Shown here piece after piece: positions 35,029-43,900 of a stretch of DNA of 64,000 nt. The translations under genes and the position numbers were made by a program. The stretch lies in NCBI GenBank assembly GCA_032128375.1, contig JAQBGU010000188.1, positions 107,458 through 171,457 of the forward strand. Reading direction: 5' to 3'. Within the stretch, counting starts at the first letter, position 1; every line of letters starts with the position of its first letter. Origin of the DNA: Deltaproteobacteria bacterium. GTDB taxonomy: Bacteria; Myxococcota_A; UBA9160; SMWR01. A model generated the notes under the pieces. The model worked only from the letters and a program-made list of their open reading frames with translations, made no database searches and was not told the origin of the DNA.

Positions 35029-35969
35029 GCAGAAGACCTGCGAGTAGCAGACCTGCGATTAGCCGACCCAGCACGAGCCAACCCCGGTCGAGTCAGTTCG
35101 CGGAGAAATGCGGGGCTGAATTTCCCACGCATGACCTCGGTGACCGGCCCCTCGAGCGTCACGTCGAACGGGTCCGCGTCGCTCCCCCCTACTCGCACCT
35201 GCACGGCACCGCCCGGAGCCCGGACCGTAATCGGACTCGTCGCAATTCCGCGCCGCACCGCTGCACACGCCACCGCGCACGCCGACGTTCCAGACGCCGC
35301 CGTCTCCCCCGCAGCGCGCTCCCAGATTCGGATGAACAGCGATTGTCTGCCGGTCGGAACCGCGAATTGAACATTGCAACGATTCGGAAAAATCCGGTGG
35401 TTTTCCAGCAGCGGGCCGAGCTCACGCACCTCGTCGACGCTCCAGCTTGCGCCCCGATCGCGAAACAACACACAATGCGGGTTCCCGACACTGACGCCGG
35501 TAAACCGCAGCGCTCGGCCCGCGACGCGAATCGTCCGATCGACGAGTTCTTCGACATTCAGCGTGCACGGCAGACGATCGGGTCGGAAACTGGCCGGTCC
35601 CATCTCGACCGCGACCGAACTGGCGTCGCCGTGCCGATCGAGCGCCAGCCGGATCCCGACCACGCCCGCCTGCGTCTCGACGTGAAACGAGGTGCGTCGA
35701 GTGCGTCGTGTCGCGTGCAGGAAACGCGCGAGGATGCGCAGGCCGTTTCCCGAACGCTCCGCTTCGCTGCCGTCGGGGTTGAAAATGCGAACACCGAAAT
35801 CCGCGCGCCGCGACGCACATAGCGCGAGTAGCCCGTCGGAACCAACACCGCGATTCCGATCACACACGGCGGCGATCCGACCAGGTGTCAACCGAAAATC
35901 GAGTTCGGCGAGGTCGACCACCACGTAGTCATTGCCGAGACCGTGTCCCTTGAAGAAGCCGTTTCGCAT
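35025..35969 (-). CDS. dapF: Diaminopimelate epimerase family protein (Ser/Ser variant)
   Basis: KGHGLGNDY, GVGSDG, NPDGSEAERSGNG, VGNPHCV, NVQF and IWERAAGETAASGTS. Confidence 0.85.
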   Translation of the reverse strand: MRNGFFKGHGLGNDYVVVDLAELDFRLTPGRIAAVCDRNRGVGSDGLLALCASRRADFGVRIFNPDGSEAERSGNGLRILARFLHATRRTRRTSFHVETQAGVVGIRLALDRHGDASSVAVEMGPASFRPDRLPCTLNVEELVDRTIRVAGRALRFTGVSVGNPHCVLFRDRGASWSVDEVRELGPLLENHRIFPNRCNVQFAVPTGRQSLFIRIWERAAGETAASGTSACAVACAAVRRGIATSPITVRAPGGAVQVRVGGSDADPFDVTLEGPVTEVMRGKFSPAFLRELTRPGLARAGSANRRSATRRSSA

Positions 35970-35985
35970 TCGCGTCTGGTACGGG

Positions 35986-36690
35986 CTATTGCCCGTCGCG
36001 GGGTTGATCCGACGGCGTGTCGTCGGCCAGCAGCAGCGTTTCGATATCACGCATCAGCAGCTCGTAGTCCAGAAACCCGCTGCTGTAGATATTTCGGACC
36101 CCGCCGCTGGCGTCGACCAGAAAGACCTTGGCGACATGGCGGATCAATGCGGTCGATTCTCCGTTTTCGGCCGCGATCAGTCGAAGAGCGTCCTGGCCGT
36201 AATCGTCGAGAACCGGTTGCAGTGTCGCATCCGAAATGGCGGTCAAGAAGCGCCAGTCACCGCTCGGACTCATGTGAGTGCGCAACATTTTCAACCGTTC
36301 GGGCGTATCGTGCTGCGGATCGAAGGACACACTCACCAGGCGCACGCGCTGCGCGAGCGCGCTATCGGCTGCCAGTGCGCGATCCAATCGACGCAATGTG
36401 GACAGCAGCAGCGGACAGCCCTGCGCGTCGGGGCATGACGAGTAGACAAACGAAACGACCGCACACTCCCCCGCTTCCGTAGCAAGGAGGTCGGAGGGCT
36501 CGCCCTCCGAGTCGAGCAGTTCGTGGCGCGCCACACGATCGATCACGGGCAGGTCGTAGCTGCCCGCCTCCGGCAGATCGTAGAGCCTGCGAACCGCGTC
36601 GGCCGCGATCGCCGACCCGTTCGAGACAGCGAACCCCAGTGCAGCGAAGCCCGCTGCCAGATACGACCCGACCCGGGTGATCCGATTCAT
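35986..36690 (-). CDS. SCO1/SenC-family protein (copper chaperone-like)
   Basis: Signal peptide, FVYSSCPDAQGCP, SVSFDP.HDTP, WRFLT and a conserved His (IRH). Confidence 0.85.
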   Translation of the reverse strand: MNRITRVGSYLAAGFAALGFAVSNGSAIAADAVRRLYDLPEAGSYDLPVIDRVARHELLDSEGEPSDLLATEAGECAVVSFVYSSCPDAQGCPLLLSTLRRLDRALAADSALAQRVRLVSVSFDPQHDTPERLKMLRTHMSPSGDWRFLTAISDATLQPVLDDYGQDALRLIAAENGESTALIRHVAKVFLVDASGGVRNIYSSGFLDYELLMRDIETLLLADDTPSDQPRDGQ

Positions 36691-36723
36691 TCGAATCTCC
36701 TGTTCAAGGCACTCGCAGCCCGC

Positions 36724-38025
36724 TCAAGGGGCGGTCGTCGCAACCCGGCCGCTGTAGAAATCGAGCTGACCGAAATTCATGATGTGCGGGCGACCCAGCG
36801 CCTCCTTACGGAAGTCGATCTCGAATTTCGGTGTGAGGGTGAGGGAGCCGGCATCCCACTGATATGCCTTCAGAAACTGCTCATCCGCGCCGGGGGTGCC
36901 ATCCCAGTTTGCGAGCAACGAAGACGTGAAGTACAAGCGCTTGCCGTCCCAAGACTGGGAAACCATGTTGAGCTGCGCGCCAATCTTCTGTTCAAAGACC
37001 CTATGCGCTTGGCGCGGCTCAGAGACGTCGAAGACCCTCAGCATGCCATCCATGAAGCTATCGACGAACACGAACCGATCGTCTGAAGACAGCGAGATGT
37101 CGACGGGCAATGGCATCTTGGCTGGGTCACCGATATCAGCCAGTTCGAGCGCTTCGAAGCTGCCGTCGTCCAGGCGGAATACGCCCCACAGCTTCGAGGT
37201 CAGCGCCGTGCTGGTGAAAGCGTAGTGGTGATCCTTCTGTAGCGCCCAGCGAACCTCGAGGGGCGCTCCGGGAACCTGCAGCGTCTGCAGCGGCTTCCGA
37301 GTGTGATAGTCCCAGACGATCATGGTGTTGCCGAAATTCTTCATCGCTGCTGCGTCGCCGATCAGGTCGCCCAGGCTCCGCATGTAGTTGGTCTTGCCCG
37401 TAAACGATGACGTCAGAATCCGATTGAGTTCCGAATTGATTCGCGCGTCGTAGCCGTACATCGCATCGTCGGGCAGCCATATTGTCTGGATGAATTCGAA
37501 GGCGTTGTTGTATTCGACAAACGCGGTCTTCCCGCTGCCATCACTGCTCGACAGGCCTGTGATCAGCATGCGACCCGGCAACGCGTAAAAGGTGTGCGGC
37601 CCAACGACTCCGCCGGTCTTCTCGACAAAATCGTCGATCGTTTTCACCAGTTTGGGTTTGGCGGGATCGGTAGCGACATCGAACACAAAGATCATGCTGT
37701 CGTCGAGGCCGCCGGCCCAGAAATGCTTGCGATCGTCACTGAAGCCTCCGTGGTGCGCTTCGTGGCGACCGCCAACCGAAACACTCGCGACGACCTTGCC
37801 GTAGTCGGGTCGTTCGGGGTTCGCACCGACTGTGACCAACTTGTCCGATCCATCACCGAGGCCCTCGATGCCGAGGGTCCAGACATAGATGAAGTCCTCC
37901 TGGCCCTTGATTTTCGGCAGGTAGGGCGACTGGCAGGTTTCGTCAGCAGCCGCGGTAGTTGCGAATCCACCAACGACGAATACCCAGGTTGCCAAAGTGG
38001 CGATTGCCAGTATGCGCATCGTCAT
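36724..38025 (-). CDS. Periplasmic SBP56-family protein, methanethiol oxidase (MtoX)-like
   Basis: Signal peptide, DETCQSP, VWTLG, EAHH, GPHTFYALPGR, PGAPLE, PLPVDIS and SLLANWD; adjacent SCO gene. Confidence 0.88.
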   Translation of the reverse strand: MTMRILAIATLATWVFVVGGFATTAAADETCQSPYLPKIKGQEDFIYVWTLGIEGLGDGSDKLVTVGANPERPDYGKVVASVSVGGRHEAHHGGFSDDRKHFWAGGLDDSMIFVFDVATDPAKPKLVKTIDDFVEKTGGVVGPHTFYALPGRMLITGLSSSDGSGKTAFVEYNNAFEFIQTIWLPDDAMYGYDARINSELNRILTSSFTGKTNYMRSLGDLIGDAAAMKNFGNTMIVWDYHTRKPLQTLQVPGAPLEVRWALQKDHHYAFTSTALTSKLWGVFRLDDGSFEALELADIGDPAKMPLPVDISLSSDDRFVFVDSFMDGMLRVFDVSEPRQAHRVFEQKIGAQLNMVSQSWDGKRLYFTSSLLANWDGTPGADEQFLKAYQWDAGSLTLTPKFEIDFRKEALGRPHIMNFGQLDFYSGRVATTAP

Positions 38026-38222
38026 CGAACCCTCCTCGAAGCAAGAACGCGGAACAATTAGCGTCAGACCTGGTCGTCAGATCTGAACGCTACAAGTTGA
38101 CGCCCGACGTGGGCGTAAATCGTGAACGCGAAACCATCAAGCGCTGAGCGTACCACTCTGGACGGGTTTCCGACGCCCATTCTGGCGCTGCATCACCGGG
38201 CCGAACGTGACATCCTGTCGTA

Positions 38223-39140
38223 GTGCCCGAGCTACCCGACATCGCCGTGTATCTTGAATGCCTCCACGCGCGTTGCGCTGGACAGGTCCTCGAGCGCATC
38301 CGGATATCGGGCCCGGCGCTGCTTCGCAGCGTCGACCCGCCGATTTCGATGATCCGTGGAATGCGCGTCCTCGGCTTTCGGCGCATCGGTAAACGCGTGA
38401 TTTTCGAGCTGGAGGACGAGCTCTTCCTGGTCATCCACCTGATGATCTCGGGCCGCTTCCGCTGGCGCGGCCGCAACGCAAAACTCTCCCGGAAAATCGA
38501 CTTGGCGGCATTCGACTTCATGTCGGGAACCCTGTTGCTCACCGAGGCGAGCCACAAGAAGCGCGCTTCACTGCACGTCGTACGCGGCCTGGCCGCGCTT
38601 GCCGAGCATGACCCGGGCGGCCTCGAGGTACTCGAGACCAATGAATCAGCCTTCGCAGCGCGGCTCCAGCTGGAAAATCACACCCTGAAGCGCTCGCTGA
38701 CCGACCCCCACCTGTTCAGTGGGATCGGCAACGCGTACTCGGACGAGATCCTGCACCGTGCCGGCCTGTCCCCGATCAAGCTGACGAGCCGATTGACGCC
38801 GAACGAGATGGCGCGGCTGTACCGCGCCAGCATCGAAGTGCTTTCCGAATGGACTCTCCGGCTGCGCGAACAGACCGGCGACAAGTTTCCAGAGAAGGTG
38901 ACCGCGTTCCACACGAAGATGGCCGTTCACGGCAAGTACCGCGAGCCCTGCCCCGTTTGCGCGTCGCCGATCCAGCGCATCGTGTACGCCGACAACGAGA
39001 CCAACTATTGCGCGACGTGTCAGACCGGAGGGCGCCTGTTGGCCGACCGCGCGATGTCGCAACTACTCAAGAAGGACTGGCCGCGCTCGCTCGAGGAGCT
39101 CGAAGCCCGTCGGCAGCGAGGACGGGGCGGACTGGCGTAG
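38223..39140 (+). CDS. Fpg/Nei-family DNA glycosylase
   Basis: N-terminal PELP, HLMISG, H2TH motif GIGNAYSDEIL, and zinc finger CPVC...CATCQ. Confidence 0.92.
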   Translation: MPELPDIAVYLECLHARCAGQVLERIRISGPALLRSVDPPISMIRGMRVLGFRRIGKRVIFELEDELFLVIHLMISGRFRWRGRNAKLSRKIDLAAFDFMSGTLLLTEASHKKRASLHVVRGLAALAEHDPGGLEVLETNESAFAARLQLENHTLKRSLTDPHLFSGIGNAYSDEILHRAGLSPIKLTSRLTPNEMARLYRASIEVLSEWTLRLREQTGDKFPEKVTAFHTKMAVHGKYREPCPVCASPIQRIVYADNETNYCATCQTGGRLLADRAMSQLLKKDWPRSLEELEARRQRGRGGLA

Positions 39141-39147
39141 CGGACTT

Positions 39148-39198
39148 GGCTTTGATGCAGTGGGCTTTGATGCAGCGGGCTTTGATGCAGCGGGCTTT
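39148..39198. repeat. 15-bp tandem repeat GGCTTTGATGCAGYG, about 3.4 copies
   Basis: Read directly between the Fpg and HAD genes. Confidence 0.9.
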
Positions 39199-39233
39199 CC
39201 TCTCGCTCGGCGGCGCGGCACACTGCGGATCCC

Positions 39234-40073
39234 TTGGCATACCGCATCCTCGCACTCGACATCGACGGAACGATCCTTGACCCGTATGGCAAGCTGACCC
39301 GTTCGGTACAGGATGCGATTGCTGCCGCAAGGCGGCGCGGCTTGTGGGTCATCTTGTGTACCGGAAGGCGCTTTCGAACGGCGCTTCCGCTCGCGCTGGA
39401 GCTCGAACTGAGCGGCGCGATCGTCGTTCACAACGGTGTCGTTGTCAAAGACATCGAATCCGGCACCACGCTGAGTCACGATTACCTGTCGCCATCGGAA
39501 ATTCCCGAAGTGATCTCGTTCGTGCGGCACAACAGCTCGCCAATGATCTACGTTGACACCTTTCACGAGAACAACGACATCCTCGTCGAACGCGCTTCGA
39601 CCCCACATGCGTTTCAACGGGCCTACCTCGACGACGCCGCCGGACATTTTCAGACCGTCGATGACCTGCACGACCATGTCCGGACCGATGTCGTGATGGT
39701 GAGCACGATGGCGGATGACAAAACTGTGGATGCAATGCGCGCTGACGCCGATCGGCTATTTGGTGCCCGAATCAGTACACACTCACTGATCAACAAAAAC
39801 TATCAGGGCAGCATTCTCGAGTTTCTGTCGCCGGCCTCCGGCAAGTGGGCCGCGCTCGCCAGCCTGGCGGAAAACGCCGGGATCCCCACTGAGCAGATCA
39901 TCGCGGTCGGGGACGATATGAACGACATCGAGATGATTCGCGGCGCCGGTATGGGTGTTGCGATGGGCAACGCGGCCGACCCGGTCAAGCAAGCCGCCGA
40001 CGTCGTGGTGCGAAGCAACGCCGAGGGAGGCGTAATCGATGCGATCGAGCGCGCGATGCTGCTCGGTCCATGA
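39234..40073 (+). CDS. Cof-type HAD-IIB hydrolase
   Basis: DIDGT, CTGR, GK and GDDMND..M motifs, GVAMGNA. Confidence 0.92.
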   Translation: MAYRILALDIDGTILDPYGKLTRSVQDAIAAARRRGLWVILCTGRRFRTALPLALELELSGAIVVHNGVVVKDIESGTTLSHDYLSPSEIPEVISFVRHNSSPMIYVDTFHENNDILVERASTPHAFQRAYLDDAAGHFQTVDDLHDHVRTDVVMVSTMADDKTVDAMRADADRLFGARISTHSLINKNYQGSILEFLSPASGKWAALASLAENAGIPTEQIIAVGDDMNDIEMIRGAGMGVAMGNAADPVKQAADVVVRSNAEGGVIDAIERAMLLGP

Positions 40074-40771
40074 GGGTCGAAACCGATCATCGAGCAATCT
40101 TGCGTCAGCTCGATAACGACCTGTGGGTCGTAGACGCCCCGTTTTCGGTTGCCGGTCTTGCCATCGGAACGCGCATGACGATCATCCGGCTCGCGGACGG
40201 CAGTCTTTTCGCGCATTCGCCAAGCCAATTGAGCTCGAAGCTGTGCTCGGAGCTCGAAGCCCTCGGCCCCGTAAAGCACATCGTCGCGCCGAACAAAATT
40301 CACCACTTGTTCGTCTCCGACTTCTCGACGGCGTTTCCAGATGCCAAGCGCTACGCCGCACCAGGACTCGAGACGAAGCGCCCGCAGCTCGACTTCCACT
40401 TCGTACTCGAGCCCAGCGCGCCCGCAGCATGGGCCGGTCAAATCGAGCAGGTGTGCGTACAAGGCGCCCGCTACATCAGTGAAGTCGCGTTTTTTCATCG
40501 GGCCAGCCGCAGCCTGCTGCTGACTGACCTGGCGTTCAACATCCAGCACACCGATTCGGTCTGGACGAAGGCCTGTTTGAAGGCGAACGGCGCCTTTCAG
40601 AGATTCGGTCCGTCGCGGATGGTCCGTGCATTGTTCCGCGACCGCGAGGCTGCACGCCGCAGCCTGGACGAGATCCTGCGCTGGGATTTCGATCGCGTCA
40701 TCGTCACGCACGGCGTCGTGCTGCAACGAGGCGGCAAGCGGCTGATGCGAGCCGCGTTCGACTGGCTGTGA
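40070..40771 (+). CDS. DUF4336-like protein (metallo-beta-lactamase-like)
   Basis: TRMTIIRL, VAPNKIHH, EVAFFH, LTDL and WDFDRVIVTHG; ATGA overlap. Confidence 0.8.
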   Translation: MRVETDHRAILRQLDNDLWVVDAPFSVAGLAIGTRMTIIRLADGSLFAHSPSQLSSKLCSELEALGPVKHIVAPNKIHHLFVSDFSTAFPDAKRYAAPGLETKRPQLDFHFVLEPSAPAAWAGQIEQVCVQGARYISEVAFFHRASRSLLLTDLAFNIQHTDSVWTKACLKANGAFQRFGPSRMVRALFRDREAARRSLDEILRWDFDRVIVTHGVVLQRGGKRLMRAAFDWL

Positions 40772-40984
40772 CCGAAGTGAGACCGGGGTTGGCTGAACTC
40801 TCAGCCCGTCCGCGACAGATGTTGGATCTCGAGCCAGGCTCGAGCCGGGTCGTCGTCAGGAGTCTCAGAATCCATCGCGCTGTCTGCTGTGTCCGGCGCA
40901 CCGGACGTCGTGCACAGACATTGGGAGTCCGATCGACTCGCAGGGTCCGTTCCCGGTTTTCGGACCACGAAACCATGAACCAGC

Positions 40985-43900
40985 GTGGGAGACTTCGAGC
41001 GAGTACGATCTGCGTCGGAACTCCTTTCACGAATGCGGGGTGCGGCATTGGCGAGCGGCGATGTTGAAGCGAGAATCGACCGCCTACTGGAATCGGGAGA
41101 CAGCGGCGCGAGGAACGCGGAATTGGAGGCCGGCGAGATCTTCGGCCGATTCACACGCGCTTTCCTGAAAGGAGCCGGCGAGAGAGTCTTTCGGACACAT
41201 ACCAGCGAAGGACTGTTGACCGCGTCCCGCACGGCCTTCGCGTTCGCGGCAAGCCGCGCGGCGGGCGAGCAACTCGTTCGGCTGAGTTCCCCGGCGGAGT
41301 TGCCCGGCCGCAGCGTAATCGAGATACTCCAAGACGATCGTCCCTTCCTGGTCGATACCGTGCGGCTATTCCTGCGCAGCTACCACCTTCGCGAGCAGCT
41401 GCTACTGCATCCGACTCTGCCGGTAACACGGAACACGCAGGGCGTGCTCGACTCGGTTGCCTCCATCGCAGAAGCAGACGTCCAAAGAGCGATTCTCGAA
41501 TCGTTCATCTACGTCGAAGTGTTTCCGAGGCTCGACGACGCGCGCTCCCAGGAACTCACGACCCGGTTGCGTGAGGTCATGCACTGGGTCGCGAACGTCA
41601 CCGCAGACCACGCGCGCATGATCCAGGCGGTGCGTGAGATCGAAGCCAACGTGGAGTTCGCGGGCCACGCCGACGGGGTGACGGCCGATCGGGTTGCGAA
41701 GATCTGTCGATTCCTGGATTGGCTGGTCGAGGATCACTTCGTGCTGATGGGCGTGCGCCACTACGACGTTCGGACCGTTGACGGTGCGCTGACCGTGGCG
41801 ATTCGGCGTGACAGCGGCCTCGGAATGTGGCGGGACGATCACACGAGCCGGTTTCGCGAAGTGCAGAGAGGCGCGGATCTGCCTGTCGGCCTGCTGCGCG
41901 CGATCGAGGATCCGCGGATCATCCAGATCAGCAAAGGCTGGGTCGAGTCACGGATCCACCGAGCGGGCCGCTTGGATCGGATATTCGTCAAGGAACACGA
42001 CGAGGCTGGCAACATTTCGGGATTTCACACGATTTCCGGCTTGTTTACGTTCAGGGCGCTACGCACACCGAGCTCCCAGCTTCCACTGCTAGCCGAACGG
42101 CTCGAACAAATTCTCGAGTCGGAACGTACACCCGTCGGATCCCATCGACACAAGGCGCTCGTCACTGCGTTCGATTCGGCCCCGATGGAGTTTCTCTTCG
42201 GCGCCGATGTCGGACACAACGCGACCTTGGTTCGAGAAATCGTTGAAGCCGAGGGCGCTGAGGAGCCGAGTGTGGTGCTTCAGACCGACGCGGGCGGGAG
42301 ATCATTCTACGCTGCGATCATCATGCCCCGGGAGCGATACGGCGAGGCCCTTCGGCGCGGCATCCGCCGACTGTTCGAACTGTCTCCGTCCGTAGGTTAC
42401 ATCGACGATCGCGTGTCCTTCCTCGAGGAAGGAACCGCGTTGATCCACTTCTTCTGCACGCTGACGTCAGGCGACGCGCCCGAGACCGAGCGACTCGAGC
42501 GTGAGGTCCGCCGGCTCGCGTCGCGATGGGACGACGGGCTCACCGACGAGCTGATTCGTGAATACGGGCCCACCGAGGGCGGCGAGCTGGCGGCGCGCTA
42601 TGTAGATGCCTTTCCCGAAGGACTTCACATGACGACGCATCCGGCGGATGCGCTGCGCGACGTGGTGGGACTCGAGGCCCTGCATCGGAACGGAGACGCC
42701 CAGATCGCGCTCTTCTTCGAGCGCGCGCAGTCGAAACCCGAAACCACGATGCTTCGCATCTATCTTCACGAAGCCAGGCTGCTCTCGGATCTTCTTCCGA
42801 TCATCGACCATTTCGGCATCGAGGTGAGCGACGCCCGGTTGACCCACATCGCCGCCCTGGACCGTCCGGCCGCAAGCATGCACGCGCTGCACGTCCTACC
42901 CCTTGGAGGAGACCAAGCCGATCTCGACGGACTCGTGCAACGCCTGGGGGATGCGCTGCGTGCTGTGCTGAGCGGAGTGGTGCCGAGTGACATGCTCAAT
43001 GCGATGGTGCTCAGCGCCGGGCTCGATTGGCGCCAGGTGGATCTGCTTCGCAGCCACATCGAGTACTTCAACCAGATCCAGGTCGGGTTGACGCGGCACT
43101 TCATGTGCGAAGCGATGCTCCAGAACCCGTTGGCGGCGCGGCTCTTGATTGCTTACCACGAGGCCCGCTTTGCACCGGGCCAGACGGCTTGTGTCCGCGA
43201 CGACCGTGAACAGGAGCTACGTGTCGATTTCGCCCGCTATCGCGATCGGGTCGAGAGCTTGAACGAAGATCGCGCTCTCGGGGCGATCTTCGAGTTGATT
43301 CACGCAACGCTGCGCACCAACTTCTTCGCCACGATCGACGGCACGCATCGCATCGCCATGAAGCTCGACCCTTCCACATTGACCGATCTGCTCCCCCCGT
43401 ATCCGTATCGCGAAATTTTCGTGCATGGCCCTGGCTTCAGCGGCATCCATTTGCGCGGCGGACCGGTCGCCAGAGGCGGCCTGCGATGGAGCGACCGGCT
43501 CGATGACTTTCGGACCGAGATCATCGGGCTGATGCGCACGCAACAACTGAAGAACGGACTGATCGTGCCTGTCGGCGCCAAAGGCGGATTCGTCTTGCAC
43601 ACGATGGGACTCACTCCGCAGCAAGCCCGCGCCGAAGCAGATGCCAAGTACGAGATCTTCATCTCTGCGTTACTCGACGTGACCGACAATGTGGACGCCC
43701 AGGGGCGCGTCACTTCTCCGCCCGGCGTGGTTTGTCGAGACGGAGACGATCCCTATCTCGTCGTCGCTGCGGACAAAGGCACGGCGCACCTGTCCGATAC
43801 GGCGAACGCCATCGCTCTGCGTCGGGCCTTCTGGCTGGGCGATGCCTTCGCCTCGGGCGGCTCTGTCGGCTACGACCACAAGAAGTACGCGATCACGGCC

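Noticed and set aside
39148..39198. CRISPR array
   Set aside because: The repeats are 15 bp, contiguous, without spacers, and no cas genes are present.
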